In this document: piece after piece, positions 11,580 through 20,791 of the stretch
How positions within the stretch are numbered: position 1 is the stretch's first letter
Layout: the number at the start of each line of letters is the position of its first letter
Source of the DNA: an uncultured delta proteobacterium
GTDB taxonomy: Bacteria > Desulfobacterota > WTBG01
DNA length: 64,000 bases
NCBI GenBank assembly: GCA_963793865.1
Contig: CAWCBP010000001.1
Span: 352,001 to 416,000, forward strand
Direction of reading: 5' to 3'
Program-made: the position numbers and the translations under genes
The notes under the pieces: model-generated
What the model was told of the DNA's origin: nothing
Databases searched by the model: none
The model's input: the letters and a program-made list of their open reading frames with translations, nothing else

Positions 11580-12567
11580 ATGAAATTTGAGAAAGCAGTT
11601 CACAACGGGGTAGAGTACCGCTTTGACCCTTTAACCGGCTGCCAGACCCGCATTAATCCCGCCCGCGCCAGGCGGCTCATGCAGTCCGCCCCTGCCGGCT
11701 AGCGACAGCAGGGCCTGGATAGATTCCACCAGGGATTCATGCCCCTTCTGCCGCGAAACACTGATGAAGTCCACCCCTTGTTTTTCAGCTGATTTCTGTA
11801 GGGAAGGACGTTTCAAAGCGGGAGAGGGTTATATTTTCCCCAACCTCAACCCCTTTTCGCAGCACCACGCGGTGGCAACGCTTTGTCACCAGCACTTCCT
11901 CGATCTGGACCAGTTTGATGAAGGGATGATTGCCGGCAGCCTCAGGGGAGGAAGAGATTATTTCCGCTCCGTGCATGCGTATGACCGTGAGGCGAGGTGG
12001 CCGGTATACATCTGGAATTACCTGCCGCCATCGGCGGGCAGCATCATACATCCCCACGTTCAGCTCATGGTGGAGCGTGAGCCCGTGCCGGAGCTCAGGC
12101 TGATTCTGGAAAAGGCACGGCACTATTATGAAGCGACAGGAAAAAACTACTGGGATGATTTACTGGAAGCGGAAAAGAGAGCCGGCGAAAGGTATATAGG
12201 ATCCGTTGGGAACATCGGGCTCATCGCCAGCTTCTCGCCACGGGGATTCAGAGAGGTAACGGTCATGCTGCCGGGAGAAAGCTCGTTCGGCAGCCTGGAC
12301 GATGAAACGATCTCGGTGCTTGCCGGGTGCTTCACGCGATTGCTGAAATGCTATAAGTCCATGGGAGTGGGAAGCTTTAACCTGGTATCTTTTTCGTCCT
12401 TCCCGGATGAACATCTGCCGCACTTCACGCTGCACTTCAAAATGGTTTCCCGGCCTTATCCGCGGAATGTCTACACCAATGACAGCGGCCCCTTTGAGCG
12501 GTTCTATGACATATGGGTGATCGATACCCTGCCTGAGGATGTGGCGGTGTCTGCAGGGAGATTATAG
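11580..12567 (+). pseudogene. galactose-1-phosphate uridylyltransferase (GalT/HIT)-like protein, one frameshift near 11700
   Basis: MKFEK..EYRFDPLTG..RINPAR (11580-11702) continues in another frame into CPFC, FPNLNPF and HPHVQ (HxHxQ). Confidence 0.75.
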
Positions 12568-12605
12568 GACAGCAAAGGGAGGCAGAAGGGGGTGTCTGAG
12601 TCTAT

Positions 12606-12742
12606 ACCCTGACCCTGTTTTTTTAACCACGAAGCACACGAAGGAAAGACACGAAGCACACGAAGAGAAAAATATGAAATCGTAGGGGCAGGCCCCTGTG
12701 CCTGCCCGGATATCCAGGGCAACCACGGGGGGTTGCCCCTAC
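12606..12742 (+). repeat. composite repeat: CACGAAG tandem module plus GTAG REP doublet
   Basis: aaccacgaagcacacgaaggaaagacacgaagcacacgaag, then GTAGGGGC...GCCCCTAC at 12682-12742. Confidence 0.85.
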
Positions 12743-12921
12743 GCCTTATTATCTTTCTTCGTGCTTTTCCAATAGATCATAAGGTTTGCCAACGCTCAGC
12801 GTTCATCCTTTCAAAAACCATCCCGGTAGAACAATTTCCCTCAAGTTATCCGCGCAGCATACGATATGTATCTTGTGCCCCGGCATGTTTTAATCCGAAC
12901 ATTATTTATCTCTCCGACATC

Positions 12922-13879
12922 ATGCGAAAAGCATATCTGATCTGCGCTATCATTGTCCTTCTTGCCCCCCTGGCCGTGTCTGCGGCAGATCCGGTGGAGC
13001 ACTTTCCCTGCCCGCCGAAGATGAAAACCAGCACTGACTTCTGGAAAAGGATTTACACTGAGGTCGGCAACCGGGAAGGGCTGATACATGACAGCGAAAA
13101 TTTGAAGATCGTGTATGAGGTATTCCCGAGCCCTCAGCCAGACAGCCCCAGCCGTAAAATGGAGATTAAAAGCCGGCTGGGTTATTATGAGCATCAGCTC
13201 AGGAGGCTGGCAGAGAACCCGGACAGCCCGGATCCCTCCTTAAGGAAAATTGCGGCATGCTGGAGAGATGTGACAACCTGATGCGGGGACGTATCTTGCC
13301 GCTTCGCAGCGGGTGCGCTTTCAGCGGGGGCAGAGGGAAAATTTTCTGGCCGGACTCAGGCGCTCCGACAGGTATCTTCCCGCGATGAAAAAAATCCTGA
13401 AACAGGAAGGGGTCCCTGAAGATCTGGTGTACTTGCCTCACGTGGAAAGTTCTTTTAACTGTCAGGCACGGTCGAAGGCGGGGGCGGTGGGGATGTGGCA
13501 GTTTCTTCGTGGAACGGGGAAACAGTATCTGACCATCAATAAGCGTGTTGACCAGAGGAAAGACCCTCTGCTGTCAACCAGGGCCGCGGCCCGCCTGCTG
13601 CGTGATAACTATGCAAGGCTGCAAAGCTGGCCGCTGGCGCTCATTGCCTATAATTATGGAACCAACGGGCTGGTGAGGGCAACCGAAGAGCACAACACCA
13701 GCGATTTTGAGTATATCCTTGACAACCACAAGGAGAGAACATTCAGGTTTGCCTCCAGAAATTTCTATGCTGAATTTCTGGCCGCAAAGGAGATCGCCCG
13801 GAATCCTGACAGGTATTTTAAGGAAATGAAATTCGTGAAGGGCGGGCGTAATGAAAAGAGTGCTTGCTCGGAAGGGTAA
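12922..13879 (+). pseudogene. lytic transglycosylase (SLT/MltD-like), frameshifted near 13260-13280
   Basis: Signal peptide and FWKRIY in ORF 1; LPHVESSF, SKAGAVGMWQF, AYNYG and FASRNFYAEFLAA in ORF 2. Confidence 0.8.
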
Positions 13880-13990
13880 TGCCGGAATCAATGCATATCT
13901 TGCCACAAGCAGGACACCAAAAGGCAGCTTTGAGGCTGTCGGAGATTAATCAACACCACTCATTTAATATTGCTTAGGATTCCTGAAAAG

Positions 13991-14016
13991 AAAAAGCCCG
14001 ATGCGATCGGGCTTTT
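13991..14016. terminator. bidirectional intrinsic terminator
   Basis: AAAAAGCCCGAT-GCG-ATCGGGCTTTT hairpin between the convergent SLT gene and tRNA operon. Confidence 0.8.
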
Positions 14017-14023
14017 GAATTTC

Positions 14024-14099
14024 TGGAGGCGGCATCCGGACTCGAACCGGAGCATAAAGGTTTTGCAGACCTCTCCCTTAGCCACTTGGGTATGCCGCC
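14024..14099 (-). tRNA. tRNA-Cys(GCA)
   Basis: Reverse complement GGCGGCATACCCAAGTGGCTAAGGGAGAGGTCT-GCA-AAACCTT...GGTTCGAGTCCGGATGCCGCCTCCA folds as a cloverleaf with CCA. Confidence 0.96.
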
Positions 14100-14106
14100 A
14101 TTACAA

Positions 14107-14181
14107 TGGAGCGGGAAACGGGATTTGAACCCGCGACCTCAACCTTGGCAAGGTTGCACTCTACCGCTGAGTTATTCCCGC
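14107..14181 (-). tRNA. tRNA-Gly(GCC)
   Basis: Reverse complement GCGGGAATAACTCAGCGGTAGAGTGCAACCTT-GCC-AAGGTTG...GGTTCAAATCCCGTTTCCCGCTCCA. Confidence 0.96.
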
Positions 14182-14192
14182 TTTGTCAGTGA

Positions 14193-14221
14193 ATAATACA
14201 AAATTTAAATCCTTATGTCTA
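14193..14221 (-). promoter_or_regulatory. putative sigma70 promoter of the tRNA-Gly/Cys operon
   Basis: Minus strand TAGACA-N17-TATTAT, ending 11 nt upstream of tRNA-Gly, in an AT-rich region. Confidence 0.6.
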
Positions 14222-14702
14222 GGAATTTTTGCTCACCTGAAACAAATTAAAACTTTGCAGCCATGACTGTTTCATCATAGAATCGGTTATTTCCTCAAAT
14301 ACTTAAACACAATTAAATAAATTATTAATTATCAGATAGATAGACGTTTTATTCAGATTGCGGTCAATATTCTATTTTCATTAATTTCTTTAATATTTTC
14401 AATATTATACATATTAATTACATGTATCTCGTAAAATACTTTTTAAAATATATGTTAATTCAATTTTTATCTTGCATTTTAATATGTTTATTGCTATAAT
14501 CTTTATCGGCTTAACGCCTCTCCTTTCTTACGAGAGAAGGATGGTAGATTTATCTATCGTCCTTCTCTCCGTTTTTGGCCCCGGGAATTATAATTGCACT
14601 TCATTTTGCTGCTCAGTACGTATCCTTCCATTAATAAACTTGCGGGCGGTATTGAAAATTGATACAAATAGTCTCCCATTATTCCTGTCCGGAACATAGC
14701 CC

Positions 14703-15641
14703 ATGGGATTGCCCTGGTACCTGGATTTTTTTACCTACTATCTGCGCTGCAGAGTGCTCAATAAGAAAAGCCCCATCCTGGCAGGATTCAAAATAACCGG
14801 TCGCTGCAACCTTACCTGTGTCCACTGTCCCTTCTGGAAGCGTCCCGCGCCTTTACCCCTCACCTTTAGCCGGGTACAGGCGCTGTTGCTGGAACTGTAC
14901 CGTCACGGTGTCAGGATCCTGATCCTTGAAGGGGGTGAGCCGTTTCTCTGGAAGGACGGGGAGCATACCATTCATGACGTGGTGGACATGGCGCGATCGC
15001 TGTTTTTGAGTGTCGGCATTACCACCAATGGCACCTTTCCGCTGCGGACCAACGCCAACACCATCTGGGTAAGCATCGATGGTCTCAGGGACACCCATAA
15101 CCGGATACGGGACAACAGCTTTGATACGGCCATGGCGCATATTAAGAGTTCAAGCCATCCTAATGTTTTCGCGAACATCACCATCAATAGAATGAATGCT
15201 GCCGAGATTCCTGATCTGGTCACGTTCCTCAAGGGCGCGGTAAAGGGCATCACCATCCAGTTTCATTACCCCTATGAAAAGGATGATACCCTTGCCCTTA
15301 CTTTCGCGGAAAGAAGGGTAGTGCTCGATAACCTGATCCGCCTGAAGAACGATGGCTATCCGCTTGCTGATTCCTATCGTGCGCTCGAGGCCTTGAAAGG
15401 CAATTCCTGGCAATGCCGGGATTGGATGCTGGCAAACGTGGAGCCGGACGGTACCATTAATCTCGGATGTTATGTTAAAGGGCGGGGTGACATCCAGTGC
15501 GCGCGATGCGGGTTCGCCGCTCACACGGAGATTTCGCTTGCCTACGGATGGCATGTCCCGTCCATCCTGGCCGGGAGGAGGATTTTCAGGTACGGAAGAG
15601 GAGGAAAACAGGTGATGCAGGATGGAGCAGTCCACAGTTGA
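14703..15641 (+). CDS. radical SAM protein with C-terminal Cys-rich (SPASM/Twitch-like) region
   Basis: CNLTCVHC (CxxxCxxC), GGEP, TTNG and SIDG motifs; C-terminal C..GC..CARC. Confidence 0.85.
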   Translation: MGLPWYLDFFTYYLRCRVLNKKSPILAGFKITGRCNLTCVHCPFWKRPAPLPLTFSRVQALLLELYRHGVRILILEGGEPFLWKDGEHTIHDVVDMARSLFLSVGITTNGTFPLRTNANTIWVSIDGLRDTHNRIRDNSFDTAMAHIKSSSHPNVFANITINRMNAAEIPDLVTFLKGAVKGITIQFHYPYEKDDTLALTFAERRVVLDNLIRLKNDGYPLADSYRALEALKGNSWQCRDWMLANVEPDGTINLGCYVKGRGDIQCARCGFAAHTEISLAYGWHVPSILAGRRIFRYGRGGKQVMQDGAVHS

Positions 15642-16130
15642 AAGTCCACGGATCGACAGTCTGAATACCGGTGATTCCGGTACTCCAACTTTGCAATATT
15701 AACAGGGCTCCTGAGCAGCCGATCAACTGCAAACTGTATCTTGTACTCCTCACCCCTGTCACCCTGTTTTTGTAACCACGAAGCACACGAAGGAAAAGCA
15801 GAAGAGCACGAAGAAAGGCATTGAATCGTAGGGGCAACCCCCTGTGGTTGCCCCCACAGTCCAATTTCTCAGGCGCACCGCGCCTTCGAAATGACAATGT
15901 AGAGTTTGCCATCCTGCGACTTGATCGCAGGATACAATAGCAACTGGAGGGATGCACTCCGTTGCGGTCGAATATATTATGCGGCCATGACAGAGCATGG
16001 CCCTCCAACATTTGAGATTCAACGTTCGACGTTGGAAGTTGGATGTTGAAGGTTCACCTTTTAAAATGTCGACCATGGACTGTGGACCGTCGATCGCTTT
16101 TCCCTGAACCCTGACCCCTGTACCCTCTTT
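15614..16130 (+). repeat. long composite intergenic repeat (about 6-8 modules)
   Basis: 15774-16050 aligns module for module with 49743-50075. Confidence 0.85.
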
Positions 16131-16133
16131 TTT

Positions 16134-16694
16134 ATGCCCGACGTCCCTCAAAAACTCCTGCTCCATGTCTGCTGCGCGCCGTGCTCTCCCCACGTGATAG
16201 GATTGCTGCAAAAGGAGTTCGAGCTTACCGCCTATTTTTACAATCCCAACATTCATCCGCGGGAGGAATATGAGCGCCGGCTGGGTGAAGTGGAGCGCTA
16301 CTGCAAAGAAAACAATATTCCACTGGTGACAGGGGAATACGACACTGGCCGCTGGTTTACCGCGGTTGAGGGGATGGAAGAAGAGAAAGAGGGCGGCCGG
16401 CGGTGTGAAATCTGCTATCGGGTGAGGCTTGAAAAAACAGCGCTTGCCGCGCGGGATCACGGCATGAGCTGCTTTGCCGCCACCCTGACGGTAAGCCCCT
16501 ATAAAAAAGCATTGGTCATCAACCGCATTGGGCGTGAGGTCGGTGAGCAGTGCGCGGTGACGTTTTATGAAGCAGATTTTAAAAAGCAGGACGGTTTTAA
16601 AAAGAGCTGCGAGCTGAGCAAACACTATAACTTCTACCGCCAGACCTACTGCGGCTGCATCTACAGCATTCCCCGCGACAGAGCCCAGACTTAG
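16134..16694 (+). CDS. queH: epoxyqueuosine reductase QueH (DUF208)
   Basis: LLLHVCCAPCS, YFYNPNIHP, RCEICYRVRL and YRQTYCGCIYS motifs. Confidence 0.92.
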   Translation: MPDVPQKLLLHVCCAPCSPHVIGLLQKEFELTAYFYNPNIHPREEYERRLGEVERYCKENNIPLVTGEYDTGRWFTAVEGMEEEKEGGRRCEICYRVRLEKTALAARDHGMSCFAATLTVSPYKKALVINRIGREVGEQCAVTFYEADFKKQDGFKKSCELSKHYNFYRQTYCGCIYSIPRDRAQT

Positions 16695-16803
16695 CAGTTG
16701 AAAAGCATTGAGAAATCATATACAAATAGGGCCATATGCCAAAGCGTTTTTCAAGTATGCTTATCAGCAAGCCGGTTACTGCCTGTTTTAAAAAGGATGG
16801 CCC

Positions 16804-17577
16804 ATGAAATCTTTTGAAATGATCACCATTCCGCCGAGGGAGGAGAAACCCAGAAAGAGGGGCCTTACCAATGTCCTCGATAAAGGCTTGGGGTATTATG
16901 CCGCATTGGACCTGGTGGAACAGGCAGCGGAGTACATTGACCTCGTAAAACTGGGGTGGGGTACGGCGCGGTTAATCAGCGAAGAGACCGTTAAGAAGAA
17001 AGTAGCGCTCTTTACCGGGAACGGGATTTCGGTGGGCAACGGCGGAACATTTTTGGAGATTGCCCATCGCCAGGGGAAGGTAAGAGAGTTTTTCCAAACG
17101 GCCCGCCGCATCGGACTCAACGCCATCGAGGTGTCAAACGGAGTGGTTCCCATCGGCATGGAAGCGAAGCAGAAACTTATTGCCGAAGCGAGATCAATGG
17201 GTTTTGAGGTCATATCTGAAATAGGGAAAAAGGATCCCGCGGAAGATGCGCGGCTTTCAATGGCGGAAAGGGTGGAAGAGGCAAAGAGGGACATGGAGGC
17301 GGGCGCATCCAGGATCATTATTGAGGCGCGGGAGGGCGGCAAGGGCCTGGGCATATACGATGACAGCGGAAGCGTCAAGGAGGACATGGTTGCGTCGCTG
17401 GTTGAAGCCATTGGTCTGGACAACATTATTTTCGAGGCGCCCGAGAAGAGCCAGCAGACCTATCTCATTCTTAATCTTGGCATTCATGTCAACCTGGGGA
17501 ATATACGGCCTGATGATGTCATCCCCCTCGAAACGTTGAGGAGGGGACTGCGGGGTGATACCCTTGGGAAGGTGTAG
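16804..17577 (+). CDS. comA: phosphosulfolactate synthase
   Basis: KPRKRGLT.VLDKG, VKLGWGT, GGTFLE, IEVSNG, SEIGKK, IIIEARE, IIFEAP and VNLGNI...LETLRRGLRGDT motifs. Confidence 0.93.
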   Translation: MKSFEMITIPPREEKPRKRGLTNVLDKGLGYYAALDLVEQAAEYIDLVKLGWGTARLISEETVKKKVALFTGNGISVGNGGTFLEIAHRQGKVREFFQTARRIGLNAIEVSNGVVPIGMEAKQKLIAEARSMGFEVISEIGKKDPAEDARLSMAERVEEAKRDMEAGASRIIIEAREGGKGLGIYDDSGSVKEDMVASLVEAIGLDNIIFEAPEKSQQTYLILNLGIHVNLGNIRPDDVIPLETLRRGLRGDTLGKV

Positions 17578-18355
17578 AATCAGCGCGGGCCTGAAGGGCG
17601 CGAAGGGAACAAAACCCGGCGAACAGTGCGTGATCATCGATGTTTTGCGGGCATCGAGCACCATCGTGACCGCGCTTGCCCATGGGGTTTCGGAGATCCG
17701 CGCCGTTGGGAGCATAGACGAGGCGCTGTCCCTGCGGCGGAAAAAGTATGCCGTGGCCGGTGAACGCCGGTGCCTTCCCATCCCGGGATTTGACCTGGGG
17801 AATTCACCGGTCGAATTACTCCGTGCCCTGAAAAGACGCCCCATAAAAAAGATGGTCCTGACCACCAGCAACTTGACCCGCGTCCTGGTCACCTGCAAAA
17901 AGGCTTTCATCTGCTCCAGCCTTAATCTTGCTGCTGTGAGCAGGCTCATTGCACATGAAAATGTTAACATTGTAGCCGTTGGCGGTCCCCACGGCATCGT
18001 GGAGGACCTGGGGGTGGCTCTGGCTCTCATGCTTAAAGTGCAGGGCGTGCGGCTGGGGAAGCGGTTGATTCAGCAGATGATTATCCAGTCGCCTGCGGCG
18101 CAGCACCTAATCAGTGTCGGTTACGGTGACGATGTAAAATTCATCTGCGGGGTTGACCGGTATGACCTGGTGCCGGTATATGAGAAGGGTAGGGTTGTGC
18201 AGATAAGGCCTGGATCCCCGCTTTACGCGGGGATGACAGTCGAGACAGATTGTATAGAAAGAGCATGTCATTCCCGCGAAAGCGGGAATGCCAATCGTAT
18301 TTTCATTGTTACTTCCACGACGGAACGCGGTCCTGCAACATTTGACAGGCAGTGA
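17555..18355 (+). CDS. comB: 2-phosphosulfolactate phosphatase (C-terminal ~48 aa read through a repeat)
   Basis: VIIDVLRASSTI, AGER, FDLGNSP and LTTSN motifs; overlaps the comA stop. Confidence 0.88.
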   Translation: MIPLGRCRISAGLKGAKGTKPGEQCVIIDVLRASSTIVTALAHGVSEIRAVGSIDEALSLRRKKYAVAGERRCLPIPGFDLGNSPVELLRALKRRPIKKMVLTTSNLTRVLVTCKKAFICSSLNLAAVSRLIAHENVNIVAVGGPHGIVEDLGVALALMLKVQGVRLGKRLIQQMIIQSPAAQHLISVGYGDDVKFICGVDRYDLVPVYEKGRVVQIRPGSPLYAGMTVETDCIERACHSRESGNANRIFIVTSTTERGPATFDRQ

Positions 18356-18408
18356 AAAAGTGTTTTTTATTCGACGTTGGATGTTGGAAGTTGAAGTTCG
18401 ACGTTTGT
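18211..18408. repeat. GTCATTCCCGCG-type palindrome pair plus heptamer block between comB and comD
   Basis: ggatccccgctttacgcggggatgac (18212-18237) and gtcattcccgcgaaagcgggaat (18267-18289) in inverted orientation; ttcgacgttggatgttggaagttgaagttcgacgtt (18370-18405). Confidence 0.8.
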
Positions 18409-18459
18409 CTTGAAAATGAACCACCCTTGCTCTCCCAACCCCAATGTGATAATTGTGGC

Positions 18460-18963
18460 ATGAACTCCCCCATTGATGACGCGATTGTTGAGTGCATGCT
18501 GGCAGAAGGCATCGATTTTGTCTGCAGCCTGCCCTGTAACATGCTGACGGGTGTCCTGAAGCGAATTGACAGGGCGCCGGTGCTCCATGTACCCGTCACC
18601 AGGGAGGAAGAGGGTGTGGGAATAGCTGCCGGTGCCTCGCTGGGAGGCAAAAGGCCGGCCCTGCTCATGCAAAACTCGGGACTGGGCAACACGATTAATG
18701 CGCTCCTCTCCCTGACCAAATTGTACGGCCTGCCGCTGCCCCTTATCATCAGCCAGCGCGGGGGGAAGGGTGAGAAGGTCCTGGCACAGATGCCCATGGG
18801 CAAGGCACTCCCCAATCTTCTCAAGGCGGCCCGGATCGACTATGTCCGGATAAAAAAGCGGGATGATTTTATTAAGATGAGAAGGATGATTCATAAAGCT
18901 CTTCACAACAACCGGGTTGCCGCGGTCATACTTATGAGGTCGCTCTGGGATGAAGCGAATTGA
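18460..18963 (+). CDS. comD: sulfopyruvate decarboxylase subunit alpha
   Basis: SLPC, TREEEGVGIAAGA, LMQNSGLGN.IN and AQMPMG motifs; start trimmed to MNSPIDD. Confidence 0.88.
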   Translation: MNSPIDDAIVECMLAEGIDFVCSLPCNMLTGVLKRIDRAPVLHVPVTREEEGVGIAAGASLGGKRPALLMQNSGLGNTINALLSLTKLYGLPLPLIISQRGGKGEKVLAQMPMGKALPNLLKAARIDYVRIKKRDDFIKMRRMIHKALHNNRVAAVILMRSLWDEAN

Positions 18964-19504
18964 AGTAATCGGCGCGGTTGCGGCGCGGCAGGGACTGATC
19001 GTCTGCAACCTGGGGCTGCCGAGCAGGGAGCTGTACTCGCTCTCCGATAAGCCCTCCCACTTCTACATGCTTGGCTCCATGGGAATGGCGAGCTCAATCG
19101 GCCTGGGGCTGGCGCTGGCGCAAAAAAAGCGGGTCTATGTTATTGACGGCGATGGTTCGCTGCTCATGAACCTGGGATCGCTTGCAACCATAGCGCAGCA
19201 CGCGCCGAAAAATTATTGCCTGGTTGTTGTCGACAACAAGGGTTACGGGAGCACCGGCCACCAGCCTACCGCAACTGCCGGCAGGACGGATCTCGCAGGC
19301 ATTGCACGCGCTGCAGGCATAAACCGTGTAAAGACGGTAGCGGTTCTCAAAGACCTTGAGGATTGCTTGGACCAGCACCAGGATGAATCTTTGGTGGTTA
19401 TTGCCATGACAGATGCCTCGAGCGCAGAGGTGCCCCTTGTGCCCTTGCTTCCGGGTTTTATAAGCACGAGATTCAAAGAAGAAGTTATGAGGGAAAACAG
19501 ATGA
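18950..19504 (+). CDS. comE: sulfopyruvate decarboxylase subunit beta
   Basis: NLGLPSRELY, FYMLGSMG.ASSIGLGLAL, TPP motif GDGS...DN and YGSTG.Q. Confidence 0.88.
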   Translation: MKRIEVIGAVAARQGLIVCNLGLPSRELYSLSDKPSHFYMLGSMGMASSIGLGLALAQKKRVYVIDGDGSLLMNLGSLATIAQHAPKNYCLVVVDNKGYGSTGHQPTATAGRTDLAGIARAAGINRVKTVAVLKDLEDCLDQHQDESLVVIAMTDASSAEVPLVPLLPGFISTRFKEEVMRENR

Positions 19505-19511
19505 GTGCAGT

Positions 19512-20177
19512 TCATTGATCCTTGCTGCCAGGTTTCTGACAAATGTATAAAATATGCGGATATGGCAAAAGGTCGACCATTGAATGATGAAACACGACGA
19601 ATCCTGTGCTTTCTAGAAGGTTCATCAGTTCTCTTTGTTCCCAATAATTAACTCCCGTACGAATGTCTAACATTTTGTCCAGCAAATAGGTAAAACAGAG
19701 CTTATAAGCTGGTTTTGTATTAACATCTTTTATTATAAGTCTGCAGTTTGGATTAAGATTCTCATAGAGCTTTTTTATCAGTGGCAATACTGCGGCACGG
19801 GGGATATGATGAACGATATCGAGCATATACACCGCATCAAAGGCGGAATGATAACTGTATGATGTGGCGTTGGCAACTTCATATGTGCAATTTGAAATTG
19901 ATAGTTTTTTTGCAGCATTCCTGGCCATCAGGATCCTGTGTTCATTAATGTCTAAACCGATGATTTCAAGATTCGGGAATAGTTTGGCATAATATAGAGA
20001 AAAAAGACCGAACCCGCATCCGATATCAAGAATACGTCCGGAGGTTGGAAAGTACTGTCCGATTTCATTTAAAAAGCGAAGGTGTATGATCTTAAAGCGT
20101 GCCCGGCAGTAGGCTCTGGTAATTCTGGAATCATAAGTATTAATTATTTCATTGAGCGTAAAGTTGATTTGTGGCAT
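19512..20177 (-). CDS. class I SAM-dependent methyltransferase
   Basis: ILDIGCGFG and DIVHHI motifs; AT-rich; start chosen at MPQINF. Confidence 0.85.
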   Translation of the reverse strand: MPQINFTLNEIINTYDSRITRAYCRARFKIIHLRFLNEIGQYFPTSGRILDIGCGFGLFSLYYAKLFPNLEIIGLDINEHRILMARNAAKKLSISNCTYEVANATSYSYHSAFDAVYMLDIVHHIPRAAVLPLIKKLYENLNPNCRLIIKDVNTKPAYKLCFTYLLDKMLDIRTGVNYWEQRELMNLLESTGFVVFHHSMVDLLPYPHILYICQKPGSKDQ

Positions 20178-20252
20178 GAACAAAGCACCTGCCCGTCTGT
20201 TCTTCTTTCTGCGTTTGAATGACCTCAAGGGGTTTCTATTTTTCAGGAAAAC

Positions 20253-20657
20253 TTAGTCAATAATAATTGCGTCTTCCGTCACCTTGCCGCTGTCTATTCT
20301 AAAGGCCTTTATCTGAGGATGATAAAAATCGGCAAGAGAGATAATGAAGCAAGCAGTGCCCGGATAAAAGGCACGGGCTATATCAAGCCCGGAAGGATAG
20401 CAGGGATGATTGGGGTGGGAGTGGTAAACCCCTAACAGTTGTAAGGAAAGCCGGTCAATCTCCTCGAAGGCATTTACCTGTTCCAGCGGGTCGACCTCGT
20501 ATTCGTCAATATTCACAGCGATATTTCTTGTTTTAAAAATCTTTGTGATCACGATTTCATTCCCCGCCAGCATACCGCAGCACTCGCGCGGATATTCCTT
20601 CCTGGCATGTCCCTCCATTTCCTCAATAATTTCCCGTGATATGCAAATCGATTTCAT
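20253..20657 (-). CDS. Mov34/MPN/JAB (M67) metallopeptidase, Mec/desampylase-like
   Basis: PRECCG and JAMM motif YHSHP...PS..D. Confidence 0.88.
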   Translation of the reverse strand: MKSICISREIIEEMEGHARKEYPRECCGMLAGNEIVITKIFKTRNIAVNIDEYEVDPLEQVNAFEEIDRLSLQLLGVYHSHPNHPCYPSGLDIARAFYPGTACFIISLADFYHPQIKAFRIDSGKVTEDAIIID

Positions 20658-20791
20658 TCCCCGCCGGGTAATCTATTATCTTTTTTCAACATTTATTATA
20701 GCATTTCTTTTTCTTAACTCCAGCGATACTTACTTTTACTTCTATTTTATTTGTGGTATAATTACTATGAGAAGCAAAAGAGGTGATTACA

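Noticed and set aside
14024..14700. tRNA-anchored genomic island or prophage
   Set aside because: No integrase and no duplicated tRNA 3' end was found; the AT-rich stretch is explained by divergent promoters.
18460..19504. Phosphonopyruvate decarboxylase / phosphonate cluster
   Set aside because: No pepM is present, the enzyme is split into alpha and beta subunits with ComD/ComE-like motifs, and it is adjacent to comA and comB.
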